In this document: one piece after another, positions 1 to 13,589 of the stretch
Numbering within the stretch: the first letter of the stretch is position 1
Layout of the letters: each line of letters starts with the position of its first letter
NCBI GenBank assembly: GCA_030390025.1
Contig: CM059432.1
Coordinates: 39,248,001 to 39,312,000 of the forward strand
DNA from: Squalus acanthias
Lineage: Eukaryota
Direction: 5' to 3'
Length of the DNA: 64,000 nt
Notes under the pieces: generated by a model
Databases searched by the model: none
Seen by the model: the letters and a program-made list of their open reading frames with translations, nothing else
What the model was told of the DNA's origin: nothing
Position numbers and translations under genes: made by a program

Positions 1-139
1 GGGTCAGCAGTACAATTCACTGCCTGGCGGAAGTCCTGCCCTGCTGGCATTACTGCAATGCAAATGGCAACAAGGGTTTTCAGGGTCATTGATAGTTGCA
101 ATATGAGGTATCCATGGCGGGGTGGTAACCAATATATAA

Positions 140-462
140 CTGTCTTTTGGATGAGATGTTAAACCGAGGCCCTAGCTTTCCCTCTCAGCTGGAGGTAAAA
201 GATCCCATGGCACTATTTGAAAGAAGAGCAGGGGAGTTATCCCCAGTGTCCTGGCCAATATTTATCCCTCAACCAAAATCACTAAAACAGCTTATCTGGT
301 CATTATCACATTGCTGTTTGTGGGAGCTTGCTGTGTGCAAATTGGCTGCCATTTCCTACATTACAACAGTGACTACACTTCAAAAGTACTTCATTGGCTG
401 CAAAGCGTTTTGGGATGTCCTAAGGTTGTGAAAGGCGCTATGCAAATGCAAGTATTTCTTTT
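140..462 (+). mobile_element. 5'-truncated Deu-domain SINE (SacSINE/AmnSINE-like)
   Basis: GATGAGATGTTAAACCGAGGCCC...AAAGATCCCATGGCACTATT...GTGTCCTGGCCAATATT core and L2-like tail; colinear with the full copy at 57562-57996. Confidence 0.8.
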
Positions 463-1254
463 CAAAGCACTTTATCATACAACAGTTTAATATAATCATC
501 ATTCCTTAAAAGGAAACTCAAATAACATTTCTGGTTTCATGATGTTATTAGACTTTTCTCTCAATTTTTCGTGTTTCTTTTTGTTGCTGTCTCTTATTCT
601 TGCAGTTGGAATGCTACACATATTTCATAGGCCTCCTGAGTTGAAATTAAATCATTTTATTATGAAAATGCATAAGTAGTAAGAAGGGAAATACTTCCTT
701 TGTAAAGCCAGATCTTTATTATATTGTCTTTGCCATTTATATTGTACTTCATCTTAAAGTTGGATTAAAATGTCTTTTGCTGGACAGAGTTCACTGAGTT
801 AATTGAGAATTTCCAGCACTACAATGAACACTTAAATTGTGACACCTACTTAAGGATGGTGATGTCCTTTTGTACAAAATGAGATCCCCAATTATATTTG
901 ACTTAAATGTGGATGGACTCAAGTGCATCACATTATAATAGTCTTCAAGCAAACATTTGCCGACACTGTCAGTATGTTGATCTGATAAAGTATATTTGGC
1001 AAAGCGGTCCATTGTGTGTAACTTCCAAAATATTTGTTTCTTATTGAAGTTTGAAGCAGCTGCTGGCTGTTGTGATTTGTTAGTCTGGTCACACATATTA
1101 TAAAGTACAGATGTCTGTAGGTTTGAATCCTGTGGCTACCTGTCAATCAAATTTAGCAGCCATTGCTTTAAAGTGAATTTTTCCAATTTTTTGATACAGA
1201 CCATTACATGCAGTACACCACTTTGGCAAAACAATCGCTCCGAGGTTCCATTTA

Positions 1255-1805
1255 AGCAGACCGCTTTGTCCTGGTTGGTGCTAAGTTTCTTGAGTGTCAT
1301 TGCAGCTGCGCCCATCCAGGCAAGAGGAGAGTATTCCATCACACTCCTGGCTTATGCCTTGTAAGTGGTAGAGAGGCTTTGAAGCGTCAGGAGGTGAGCC
1401 GCTTGCCACAGAATACCCAACTTCTGACTTGTTCTAGTAGCCACGGCATTTATATGGTTGCTCCAGTTGAGTTTCTGATCAATGGTGACCCACAAGATGT
1501 TGATGGTGGGGCACTAGGCAATGGTAATGCCATTGAATGTCAAGGGGAGGTGGTTCGGCTCTCTCTTGTTGGAGATGGTCATTGCCTGACACAGGTGTGG
1601 CACGAATGTTACTTGCCAATTATCGGTCCAAGCCAGGATGTTGTCCAGATCTAGCAGCATGCGGCATGGAATGCTTCATTATCTGAGGAATTGTCTATGA
1701 GGCTGAACAATGTGCGATCATTAGCGAATATCTATGAAGTAGGGAAGATCATTGATGAATCGGCTGAAGATAGTTGAGTCTAGGACACTGTGCTGAGGAG
1801 CTCCT
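1255..1805 (-). mobile_element. Decayed CR1/L2-clade LINE ORF2 3' fragment
   Basis: MEYSPLAWMGAAAMTLKKL..QDKA matches the + strand fragment at 4139-5135 (MEYAPLAWMSAAPTTLKKLDTIQDKA). Confidence 0.8.
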
Positions 1806-2296
1806 CATAATGCCTCATGATGTCCCTCAGGATATCCCAAAGTGCTTTGCATACAATTAATTATTTTGAAGTTCCTATGTAGGCAAATATGGAAGCCATT
1901 TTGCACACAGCAAAGCAGCATAAATAATAATGAGATGAATGTTCAGTTAATCTAAAAGATATAAACCGAGCTATATTCAACATCATTGCACTCGTTTTGT
2001 AAGCTCAACGATAACCAATTTAGCAGTGCAGAGGCCTACACCCAATCTGCACAGGGGTTTGGACCGCTGCTAAATTGGTTGGGGCTTTTTTTAGGTGGCT
2101 CTGGCAGCTGCTTACACTGAAATTCGTTTAGACTATTCGGAGCTTGCAATGCGCAAGACCATTGGCATAGACCATTTGGGCTGAATGGCCTGTTTTTGTG
2201 CAGTAGATTATTGTAATTCTATATAGCAGGTTTCATATTTAGCTGTTTCCATGTGTGAAGCTTTTAGGCCCTGCAGTGTAAACAGCTAAAGATAGT

Positions 2297-3050
2297 GGCC
2301 CAGAAATTAAACACGGAGCGTTCCTGCGAGGGTAAGGCTTCCCCGCGATATCTCACTGCGCGCCTACCTTTTCCCTCCGGGCTCACACGAACTTTAGTTT
2401 CAAGGCCAGTCCCACATGCAGCTGTGCAGTGCTTGCGTGACCCACAGACGCAGTTAGTTCGTGCGAGCTGTGGGATCACGTGATTCAGTTAAAGCCAATG
2501 GCAGCACACCATCTTTCATTCATAGTTTTGACAGGACAACTGTCAAAGCTATGAATACAACTTACCCCCAAAAGAACAGCTAAACCTCAATTAAATTTTT
2601 TTAAAAAACCATCACATTAATAAAACAACTATATTTAAATAAATTAACCACTTTAAACAAAAATTTAAATTTTTGAAAAAATTTAAAATCTTTTTAAAAG
2701 TTATAAAAATAAACTTACCTTTCTTTAAAGTCTCTAAAAAAGATAAACCTGTTGAAAAAAATTTAAAATAATACTTAATTAACTACTTACCTTGTTTAAA
2801 GAGGGTCTTACGCCTCCTTTCTTTATGTGTAAAATCTTCCATGCTTACCTGCGCGTTCAAAGCACTAAGTGTACTGCGTGCGCGCAGCCTGTAGCGCGCA
2901 CGCGGTTCACTTAGGAACCGCCCCCTTTTGAGTTCACGAAGTGCCGGTTTCCCGCGCATGCGCAGTGCATGCTGAAAACCGGCAATTGGAGACCTAAAAC
3001 GCGAGAGTACACAGTGCGTACTCTCGCGTATTAGGTCTAATTTTCGGGCC
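2297..3050. mobile_element. Harbinger-type MITE, family A
   Basis: TIRs GGCCCAGAAATT / AATTTTCGGGCC; flanks AGT/ATT; reverse-complement copy at 21396-22138. Confidence 0.85.
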
Positions 3051-3053
3051 ATT

Positions 3054-3790
3054 GGCCCAGAATTTGCGGTCCTGGTGATGGCAAGCTGGCAGCGTCGCCG
3101 TCATTTCGCCTTTGAAATTGACGCGCCAACTAATGCAGAAATCCTGAAGTTGTGGTTTGTCATTCACTGCTCCTCCACAGGCTGCACCGTGTCACCCCCC
3201 TGGCCCCCCACCCACTCCCACCCCGCCCACAGAGCCGGCAATCGGTGAAATCTCTCAAATCATGGAAACCGATGAAAACTTCGGCACTTCTGCAGTAATT
3301 ACGCTGTTAAATTCCCCACTAAAAGTTAGACACAAAGGGATTAGGTGTTACTGGGGTTTTAGCAGTACATTGACTGCTAAACAAAGGTTATGGTCCTGAA
3401 AAAGTAATTTTAATTTTGTGCAGTGTCAAATTTATCTATTTTAATAAAAATTAAAATTTTAAGAAACTTAAAAAAAAAGTTTTAATTTTTTAATAGTTTG
3501 TTCACCTTTATTTCAGGTTTGCCTTTCCCCTGTGTGAGAGCCCCAATTTTTGTTTTGCTCTTTTTTTTAATCATTTTTACAAAGTTAGAATTTTAAGAGC
3601 TTACCCACTTCTTCATTCGCTGTCTGTGAGAATTCTGCGTTTTGATTGGCTGCTTATAGAACAAAAGAACATAAGAAATAAGAGCAAACTAATAATATTG
3701 ATAGCTTGTTGACGTCACAGCAGCTCGCACTATGGGATTCCCACTAATCTACGTTGATTTGAATTAAATTTCAGAAAATTGCAAATTTGG
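3054..3790. mobile_element. Truncated Harbinger-type MITE abutting the previous one
   Basis: Begins GGCCCAGAATTT immediately after the ATT at 3051-3053; no right TIR found, so the end is approximate. Confidence 0.5.
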
Positions 3791-4138
3791 AGCCAATGAC
3801 ACCTCTTTGGTACCTAATATTTCAAAAATACATTTATTATAGATTTATACTTAGATACTCTTTCACATTATCAAGTATTTTACCCAAAATTGTAATAAGC
3901 ATTATAGGATTTTGACAGACACGTCAAATATTTTGATTAACAACACATACATTATTAAGAATCTCAATATTATTAGTTTGGTTTCATTGGGCCACTTAGG
4001 GTCCGGCACACAAGGTATAATAATATTTGTACTTCAATTTAATTTGCATAAGGAGGAATTCAAAACTGAAATGTCCAAGACAGAGACTGAATGGCACACT
4101 GTGATCCTCAAGATAATCACAACAGAGAAGGAAAGATA

Positions 4139-5135
4139 AAAGCCACCTAATCATCGACCTATTGACATTTGCATCAGCAAAGTGATGGAAAGTGTCGTCG
4201 ACAGTGCTATCAAGTGGCACTTACTCACCAATAACCTGCTCACCGATGCTCAGTTTGGGTTCCGCCAAGACCACTCGGCTCCAGACCTTATTACAGCCTT
4301 GGTCCAAACATGGGCAGAAGAGCTGAATTCTAGAGGTGAGGTGAGAGTGACTGCCCTTGACATCAAGGCAGCATTTGACTGAGTGTGGCATCAAGGAGCC
4401 CTAGTAATACTGAAGTCAATGGGAATCAGGGGGAAAACTCTCTACTGGCTGGAGTCATACCTAGCACAAAGGAAGATGGTTGTGGTTGTTGGAGGTCAAT
4501 CATCTCAGCCCTAGAGCATTGCTGCAGGAGTTCCTCAGAGCAGTGTCCTAGGCCCAACCATCTTCAGCTGCTTCATCAATGACCTTCTCTCATCATAAGG
4601 TCAGAAGTGGGGATGTTCGCTGATGATTGCACAGTGTTCAGTTCCATTTGCAACTCTACAGATAATGAAGCAGTCCATGCCCGCATGCAGCAAGACTTGA
4701 ATGACTGATAAGTGGCAAGTAAAATCGCACCACACAAGTGCCAGGAAATGATCATCTCCAACAAGCGAGAGTCTAACCACCGCCCCTTGACATTCAATGG
4801 CATTACCATTGTCGAATCCTCCACCATCAACATCCTGGGGGTCACCATTGACCAGAAACTTAACTGGACCAGCCACATAAATACTGTGGCTACAAGAGCA
4901 GGTCAGAGGCTAGGTATTCTGCGGTGAGTGTCTCACCTCCTGACTCCCAAAGCCTTTCCACCATCTACAAGGCACAAGTCCAGAGTGTGATGGAATACGC
5001 TCCACTTGCCTGGATGAGTGCAGCCCCAACAACACTCAAGAAGCTCGACACCATCCAGGACAAAGCAGCCCGCTTGATTGGTACCCCATCCACCACCTTA
5101 AACACTCACTCCCTCCACCACCAGCGCACCGTGAC
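4139..5135 (+). mobile_element. CR1/L2-clade LINE RT fragment with stops and frameshifts
   Basis: QFGFR, LDIKAAFD, GVPQ.SVLGP and FADD (ATGTTCGCTGATGAT) motifs across broken frames. Confidence 0.9.
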
Positions 5136-5196
5136 TCCACCCCCATATCTCAGGAAGATTGGAACATTGCCGCCAAGCCACTGCAATCTCCACCAT

Positions 5197-5712
5197 TACT
5201 TGCCTTAGAGGCAGTGCAACGAAGGTTCACTAGATTGATTGCTCAGATGAGAAGGTTGTCCTATGAGAAGAGATTGAGTAGATTGGGCCTATACTCTCTG
5301 GAGTTTAGAGTAATGAGAGGTGATCTCATTGAAACATATAAGATTCTGAGGGGAATTGGCAGGGTAGATGCTGAGAGGTTGCTTCCCGTGGCTGGAGAGT
5401 CTAGAACTAGGGGGCATAGTCTCAGGTTAAGGGGCCGGCCTTTTAAGACTGAGATGAGGAGGAATTTCTTCACTCAGAGGGTTGTGAATCTTTGGAATTC
5501 TCTGCCCCAAAGTGCAGTGGGTGCTCAGTCGTTGAGTATATTCAAGGCTGAGAGAGATAGATTTTTGGACTCCAGAGGAATTAAGAGATATGGGGATAGG
5601 GCAGGAAAGTGGAATTGAGGTCGAATATCAGCCATGATCTTATTGAATGGCGGAGCAGGCTCGAGGGGCCGTATGGCTTACTCCTGCTCCTAATTCTTAT
5701 GTTCTTATGTTC
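5197..5712 (+). mobile_element. CR1 LINE 3' end
   Basis: QRRFTRLI...RGDLIETYKI...FFTQRVVNLWNSLP; 3' UTR and (TTCTTATG)n tail. Confidence 0.92.
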
Positions 5713-7076
5713 TCATCTTATCAGTACATGAGAGAGAAAGGAATAGAAGGATATGATGATAGGGTGGGAGGAAGTAAAGTGGGAGGAACCTCGTGTGGAG
5801 AAGCCCCGGCATAGACCTGTTGGGCTGCATGTCCTTTTTCTGTACTGTAAATTTCTGTGTAGTTTACAGCTAACATGACAAAAAAGAGAAGATAGGGAAC
5901 AATAAATATATGAAGGAAGCACTTGTATTTAAATAAAACCAAGGCCGAGCTAAAACAAAGTCCATCTCACCCAGATATATTTAATTATTCCTTGCCTTAT
6001 GATTTCATTCAGCATAGGACCAGGGGTTGCTATGCATGGGGGGAGGGGAGGTGAGAGGGTGGATTCAACCAGAACCCTTCATATTATAAAAGGGATCAAA
6101 GTAATATGATCAAGGTGAGTTGTACCTGTTTTTGTTTAAGTGAGTGGGTTCTTCCAGAGGATGATATTACATAACATCTGTAAGCAGAAACCTATCCTTA
6201 GTTGTACTCTCCATGTTAACAGAATCCACTGTATCCCAGTCGGCTCTTCTTAGAGTCTATTGCAATATCTGACAGTAGACTTGATAATAGCCTTAGTGTA
6301 GTGCCTTAAATTATATCATGGTATAATTAAACCATGCTTAAAAAAAACTTGAGGTTGTATGCAATTTTTATGAACAGCCCCAACTGGAATTTCAAATAAC
6401 TTTTCTGTTTATGATTTACTTAGTAAAGTCCGCAAGTCCACTTTGACCATATTTAAACACCACTGAAGTATTGAGGATATCTGATGTCACTAAATGTGCA
6501 TCAATTATAGTCACAGCAGAAAAGTACAAAAATACTTCCAGATGGGTGCATTCTTCACCCAAAATTCAACAAACATGGAACAGAAAAATTTAAGGGGCTA
6601 ATAAAAGTTTCAAAATATGAAAGACTTTGAGAGTGTGAATAGTGAAAGATAGTTTCCACTGAATCAGTAACAAGTGGGAATAGACTCAAGATTATCACCA
6701 GAAAAAATGAAAGAGGAGTTAGAAGAAATCTTTTCACACAGAGGGTTTTTGGCCTAGAAATTCTGTATCCCCTGAAAACGGACGTGGGGATCGCAATGCG
6801 ATAGGATCCCAAAACCGTTCGGAGGACTACAGGCAGCACGTAAGCTCGTGCTGCCTGCTACTTTGCATGATTGTAGCATTCAGCCATGCGCTGAACGCGC
6901 TGCTGAGTGGCTGAACGCTCAGCAGGGGGCCCAAGTTTGTGCGCGGCTAGCTCTAATTAAAACTAACCTGCACAATTTAACGGCAGTCTGCACCTCTTAA
7001 AGAGGAGGTGCCTTTTGCCTGCAGCATGTGGTGGAAGTACTTGTGGAGGCTGCTGTCAGAAAAAAAAGAATGAGTA

Positions 7077-8920
7077 ATGGCTCAACAGGTCAGAGAAATG
7101 GCTCCAAGATTCTCCCATGCAGCACTGGAGGCATTGGTCCAGGAGAGAAATTCCAGGAGAGAGGTCTTCTACCCACAGGGGGCCAGGGCGCCCTCCAGGC
7201 AACAGACGAGAGTGCAGTGGGAGCAGATATTCAATGAGGTCAATGCCAGCAGAATAGCCATGAGGACATGGACTCAGTGCAGGAAGAAGTTTAATAACCT
7301 CACAAGCATGGTCAAGGTCAGTGAATGCATCTTCAAATGCCATATCCCACCATCTGCACCACTAGCATCTCACACTGCTCAATGCACCACACCCCCATCA
7401 CTCACCTGCCAACAATCTCTACCAAACATGACTCATAGCTCACATTCATAGCTGTAACCTCACACACTTACCACTTCTGCAAGCCTCATACTCACATCTC
7501 AGAGCTTGAACACACTGTCAGCTATTCACCATGACAGGCACATTACCTAAACACATTACACCACACTCACTGACACACTTACCTTTTGCTTGCAGGAAAA
7601 GTTGGCATATGACAGACGACAGCAGGCCCTCGCCTGCATCACCTCACCCCCTTGGAGGAGACAGTGCTGGCCATTCTTGGCAGGGGCATGGCTGAGCCAG
7701 TGGCCAGCAGCGATTCTGAAGGAATACAAGATGTCGGTATCCTCATACGTTATCTTCCTTCTCAAATCCCACTTCCCCCTCATCCCACAATCTCTTCTGA
7801 TTTACAATCTGCACATGGTGTAAGCATGCAACTATTGCTTTCCCGCCCTCCCCTCACCACAACCCTACCCTTGTGCATTTCTCATTTCAGACACCCAAGA
7901 AATGTAGCCTGCCCAGCCAGTGGTTGAAGAACAAGAGGGAGAGGGGAGTCCAGAAGAAGAAGAAAAACAGTCACTCGATTTCACACTCTCAGCCACCAGC
8001 TCAGATCCTGACACTCTGCCTACTTTAGAGGATAGGTCAGACGCCAGATCTGCAGGTGGTGAGACATCGGGCATGAGTGGCCTGCAGCCAGGGCAGGGGG
8101 AAAGGGTAGCTCAGGTGCCAGCTCCCTGGAGGGCGAGGTCGTGCACGGGTTCTGCTGCAGAGGACTCAGATGAAGACCTCCATGGGGTGGCCTACAGAAG
8201 AACGCTGATGGGTATGCATAATGAAATGCTTGGTGAATTGGAAGACCTGCTAGAAAGCTAGAATGCAATGTCACGGAGCATGGAGGAGTCCAGCTCCAGC
8301 CTTGCACAGGGCTTTGCGCAGAGCTTGGAGCCCAGCCTATCTAGCGTGGAAGGAATGGGCAGATTCATTAACGCACTTGTGGACCCAACTATCATGCCAT
8401 GTCTGATTGCCGAAGTCTCAGCTTCCATTGCAGCACAAGCACAAGCCACCCAACATCTGAGTGCTGCAATGGAAGCTCAGACTGCAGTCATGAAGCACAG
8501 ACTGCTGCCATAATGGCTGGGTTTACCAGTATGGAAAGGGGCTCGCAGTCCTGCAGTCCGTACTCCAGCAGATTACTAGGATTGCTGAGGCACTGCCCCA
8601 GGGAGTAGCAATGGATCCGTGGAGGACGATCCTGCTGTCTTCTCTCAGGATGGCAGCATTTATCCTCCCACCACTGCTACTCCGCCAGTGCCCCTCCTGA
8701 TGCCTGTCAGCCAGCCATCCCAGACTTCTGCCACCCATACCGAGGTGATGCAGTCCGCAGCTAGGCCTACTAGGCCTAGAGCTCCTCGAGGTTGCCCTGC
8801 AGTCTCCCCCACTGAAAGCCTTCCACCAGCCGTCCTGCAACCACTGGGGTAGCACTGCGTAGGATAGGCAAAGGCACATGCAAGACAGTCACTAAGGGAA
8901 TGCACAAGGGTGATCAATTA
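7077..8920 (+). pseudogene. Harbinger Myb/SANT-like DNA-binding protein, 3 exons, disrupted
   Basis: Exon 1 7077-7316 APRFSHAALEALV...WEQI...RTWTQCRKKFNNL then AG|GTCAGT; TTGCAG acceptor near 7595 and TTTCAG acceptor at 7890; stops and frameshifts in exons 2-3. Confidence 0.85.
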
Positions 8921-9073
8921 AGTTTTTAATGTAATATGGATAAAGTTTGATTGGAAAGTTTTCTTTGTGGTGGCTTTTATTTCAGCATTGTGGCCAAGAT
9001 GACACTGCGATGGTCATTAACAGAGGGAAGGTAAGGTGTGGGACAAATGTTGAATGGGGAAATGGGGTTGCGT

Positions 9074-10281
9074 TCAATCGTACTGCAGACGGATTATTCG
9101 ATCGTGGATATCCCGGCCAGACAGCGGCTGTCTGGGTTGCCTCCTTCCTTCCGTTTCCGCCTTCTCCTCTTCGGCTTCCTCTTCTCTCCTCCTCCTCCTC
9201 CTCTTGCTCCTCTTCCTCCTCCTCCTCCTCTTGCTCCTCTTCCTCCTCCTCCTCCTCCTGCTCCTGAGCTGGTGGCCGTATCTCTGGTGGCAAGTGCTGT
9301 GCCCTCATGATGGCCAGGTTGTGGAGGATACAGTAGACCACAACGAATCGGTACACATGCTCCGGTGAGTATAGTAAGGCTCCTCCAGAGCAGTCCAGGC
9401 AGCAGAAGAATTGTTTAAGGATGCCAATGGTCTACTCTATGATGTTTTGTGTGACAGTATGGCTCTGATTGTATGCATGCTGCCCACTTGTGATTGGGTT
9501 GCAGAGCAGAGTCATGAGCCAGGTGGTCAAGGGACAGCCCTTGTCGCCCAGTAGCCACCCTCTGGTTTGCCTTGCTGGCTCAAAGACTGAGGGAACAGTG
9601 GACTGGTGCAGAATAAAAGCATCAAGACTGCTGCCAGGCTACTGGGCATTCACTATCATGATGTGCTGAGCATGGTCGCACACCAACTGCACATTCAACG
9701 AGTGGTAACCTTTGCGGTTGGGGTACAACTCAGCATTTATATATGATGCCCACAAAGCCACGTGCAGTCGATGGTGCCCTGCACCATGGGGAAGTCCGCT
9801 ATCCTGGCAAAGCCATGTGCACGCTCCATCTGCTTCGCTCTGGCCAGAGAGAAGACAATGAACTCCCCTCTCCTGGCATAAAGAGCTTCTGTCATGTCTC
9901 TTATGCAGCAGTGGACGCCGAACTGGGAGATGTTAAAGATGTCGCCTGCTCCCGACACGAAGAAATTCAGGGCCACGGTCACCTTCACAGCCACTGGCAG
10001 CACTGTCCTTCCCTGGAATGAGGCTGCAGGTCTGGTTGCAAGAGGTGGCAGAGTTCTGTGAGCACCTCCTTCATAAATCGCTGATGCCTCACACACTGCT
10101 CCTGGCTCAGGCTGAGCTAAGAGAATTGCTCTCGGAAGACCCTAGGTGGGTAAGGCTTGCTGAGATCTCTTCTCCCCTTCCTCCTCCTCCCTCTGCGAGC
10201 AGCTTGTCCTCTTCTTTGCTGCCTCTGCTCCATCTTTCTGTCATGCTGCAGGCCAAGGGGGATAGCAACTAGAGCACCCAT
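9074..10281 (-). pseudogene. HARBI1-like Harbinger transposase, disrupted
   Basis: VAVKVTVALNFF, FPMVQGTIDCT, VVVYCILHNLAI motifs and poly-Glu tail in broken frames. Confidence 0.9.
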
Positions 10282-10772
10282 GACGGGGAGCAAGTGGTCT
10301 GACCAGAACCCCTGAATTCAGAAGCGAGGCCTTCTGAACTTGTAATACTGCTCCCTGTCACCTCACCAACTTTAAATAACTCTAGAAAGCTCCAATCAGT
10401 TCCAAAAACTTACACAGAGCCAGTAGAAATCAAAAAGCAAGTTACCTGATGCAAATTGTTGATAATCCCTTTAAATATCGCTGGTCGGAGGTCCTTCCTG
10501 CTGCTGAATGCATGTTCAGCTGTGCAAGGTTAAGAGAGGGCTGTTTGACATCACGATCTGCCTACTTACCATATTTCTAGCGCACGCTCCTAACAGCCGC
10601 ACTACCGCCCTATCCAAGATGTTGTCTGGCGCGGCCTGCACCAGAAGTGTGCGTGCATTGCTCGGAAGCTATTTTGGTTCCAATTCAGCACCTGTAGCAT
10701 CCAAACAACGGGCGCTACAGAACCAAATTTCTAGGTCATTATGTTGAGATCCCTTCTCCCCCTCCTCTCCCT

Positions 10773-11499
10773 GTGTAGAGGAACAGGGGGACCATGGAGT
10801 GCATGTCCACAGATCCCTGAAGGTAGCAGGACAGGTAGATTAAGTGGCTAAGAAGGCCTACGGGATACTTGCCTTTATTAGCCGAGGCATACAATATAAG
10901 AGCAGGGAGGTTATGCTCGAGCTGTATAAAACGCTAGTTAGGCCACAGCTAGAGTATTGAGTACAGTTCTGGTCACCACATTACAGGAAAGATGTGATTG
11001 CACTAGGGAGGGTACAGAGGAGATTTACGAGAATGTTGCCAGGACTGAAGAATTTTAGCTATGAGGAAAGATTGGATAGGCTGGGGTTGTTTTCTTTGGA
11101 ACAGAGGAGGCTGAGGGGAGACTTAATTGAGGTGTATAAAATTATATGGGGCCTAGATAGAGTGGATAGGAAGGACCTATTTCCCTTAGCAGAGAGGTCA
11201 ATAACCAGGGGACATAGATTTAAAGTAATTGGTAGAAGGATTAGAGTTGAGGAGCAATTTTTTCACCCAGAGGATGGTGGGGGTCTGGAACTCACTGCCT
11301 GAAAGGGTGGTCGAGGCAGAGACCCTCATCACATTTAAAAAGTACTTGGATATGCACTTGAAGTGCCAGAACCTACAGGGCTACGGACCAAGAGCTGGAA
11401 AGTGGGATTAGGCTGGATAGCTCTTTCTCGGCTGGCACAGACACGATGGGCCGAATGGCCTCCTTCTGCGCCATAACTTTCTATGATTATATGATTATG
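10773..11499 (+). mobile_element. CR1 LINE 3' fragment
   Basis: VQRRFTRMLPGL...RGDLIEVYKI; (TATGAT)n tail. Confidence 0.9.
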
Positions 11500-12846
11500 T
11501 TTTAACATAAGAGGCTATCGAGGCAGAGACTATAAAATCATTTCAAAGGGAATTGGGATAATTATTTGATAAGGAATAAAATAAAAGATTATGGAGGAAA
11601 AGCAGGGAAATGCTTCAGTGGAAGCACTGGCACCAGCACAGGCACGATGGGCAACATGACCTCCCTATGTGCTGTAGCTTTTACAAATCTTTGTGTTTAA
11701 ATGTTAGTTAAATACTAAAAAGTATTGTACATTTAAGTTCTTTTTTTGCTTCAATAATACGCACATTCTTTACTTTTAAAGGCAAAGTATTATATTTTAC
11801 AGAATAAAATGCTTATTGTTTGAACACAGGAACCATTAAGTACTGTTTGAATAATGACATAATACCTGAAATACTTTGCTGTACCCAAAAAAGCAGCTGT
11901 TAATACTACTCCACAAAACATGTGGTTTAAATTTGTGCCGTACTCTAAGACTATGTGGGTTGTTCATATGTTCAACAATTTTGGCCAGACCAATACAAAT
12001 TTGTTGCTGAATGATTGTCTTCTAATGGATGTACTTATCACTTGACCAGACCTAATTGTCACAAGGGTATAAATGTCAACCCCACATACCCCTTACTAAA
12101 TTAACAGAGTATGCCAACATTTCATTTTGACATGTTAAGTTTAATTTTAGCTGTGGTGTTCCAGCCAATAAAGCTGAGTTTCTCAGCTCAAGTTCCTTCT
12201 ACTAAGAGTCTTTTGTTTATTTCCTGAGTTTGACCAAAATTCATACTGACCAAAAATTGGCAAGACTGAAATCATCTTGTTATTTCTAGAATTTAATCAA
12301 AGGAAGAAAAAAGAAATCCATGTTGCTCCTCAAATGGATTGTGAGAAACACCTTCTTGGTTGATATATTAGGTCTGTAATATTATAAAATATTTATTTTC
12401 TGACTACTTGTCATTCATTTATGCTTTAATTGACTGAAGCAATCTCTTTCATGATCTCTCTACAGTATCAATAAGAACCAAAATTATCATATTCAGATGT
12501 AACTTCTTCCTTGTTCCTAAAATAATTAAAATTATTGGCTGCAGATTTCTTAAATAGAAAGTTTTCGTATCCAGTAGTTATTTTGGGCATTATGCATTCA
12601 GTTTATTTGCTGGGTGTGCTTCATGTTTTGATAAAACATGTATATTCATTCAACCAGCCCTCTCCACTCACATGTCAGAAAGTACCTTTTAGTCCAAATG
12701 ATTGTTGTTTGGGTCAAGGCAATAAATTTTACACAGCAAAATAATTTTTTCTTTTGCAATATAAATGTTGAACCCAACTGGGTACAACCAATGGAAGCAT
12801 TGGTCATGGATGAAGGAAATCCATGTATGTCCCTTTTAAGAACCTG

Positions 12847-13589
12847 AGGCTAGAAATTGGGCACCTTAGCATCTCCCGTTATTGCCTCCGGGGTGGGGGT
12901 GGGGGGCGATAACGGAATGCTAGTCACTTACCGGCCAGGCGCAGCGAGAGAAGATCGACTCCCGCTATATTCGGCGGGGGTTTGCGGTGGCGATATGGCG
13001 TTGAGCCCCGATCTTCTTCGCCTGGAGATCGTGACGTCATCGCCATGCGCATCACCCCAGACCCGAACTTCGGTTCTGCCCCCTGCAACATCGCTGGGCA
13101 GCAACACCGACAGCTGCAGGAGGCGTTCATCGGGAGGCCGGGCACTTCGGAAGCGATACTTAAAGGCGAGGTGGTTGAGGTAAGTGGAAAAAATTGTGAA
13201 ATGCTGTTTCAGGTTCTTTTTCAGTTTTCTTCTCCAGCGATCGATCAGCCTGGCACTCTGCTGCAGTGCATCGGGCTGATCGGGCCGGATCGCGGCTGCC
13301 ATCGGAGACCAGGTAAGGTTTGCCGTTGAAGAGCCTGCAGCGATGGCCTTTCCCTTTAAGGGAGGGAACGAGCCTTCCATGGCCCATTGTGCAGCGCCGC
13401 ACACCTACCGCCCCGGCTGCTGCCTGTTGCGCTCCAGGAAGGAAGTGGAGCACTTGATTTAGCGTTCCACTTCCTTCCTGGAGTGCAAAAAAAATTTTTT
13501 TTAAGTAGAAATACATTAGCGCCTGGCGCTAATTTTTTCAACTTTTAAAAGTTAGCGCTCCAAATGGGACTATAATGAATTTCTCTCCC
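12847..13589. mobile_element. Harbinger-type MITE, family B
   Basis: TIRs AGGCTAGAAATT / AATTTCTCTCCC; flanks CTG/ATG; inverted homologue at 18238-18809; TTAGCGC subterminal motifs. Confidence 0.85.

Larger units (their letters stand above)
6751..10737. mobile_element. Full-length, decayed PIF/Harbinger transposon
   Basis: TIRs GGCCTAGAAATT / AATTTCTAGGTC; convergent Myb/SANT (+) and transposase (-) relics; interrupts an older CR1 3' end (about 6590-6750, resuming about 11500-11690). Confidence 0.9.

Noticed and set aside
791..1146. Short ORFs in unique AT-rich sequence
   Set aside because: No motifs and no splice-supported structure
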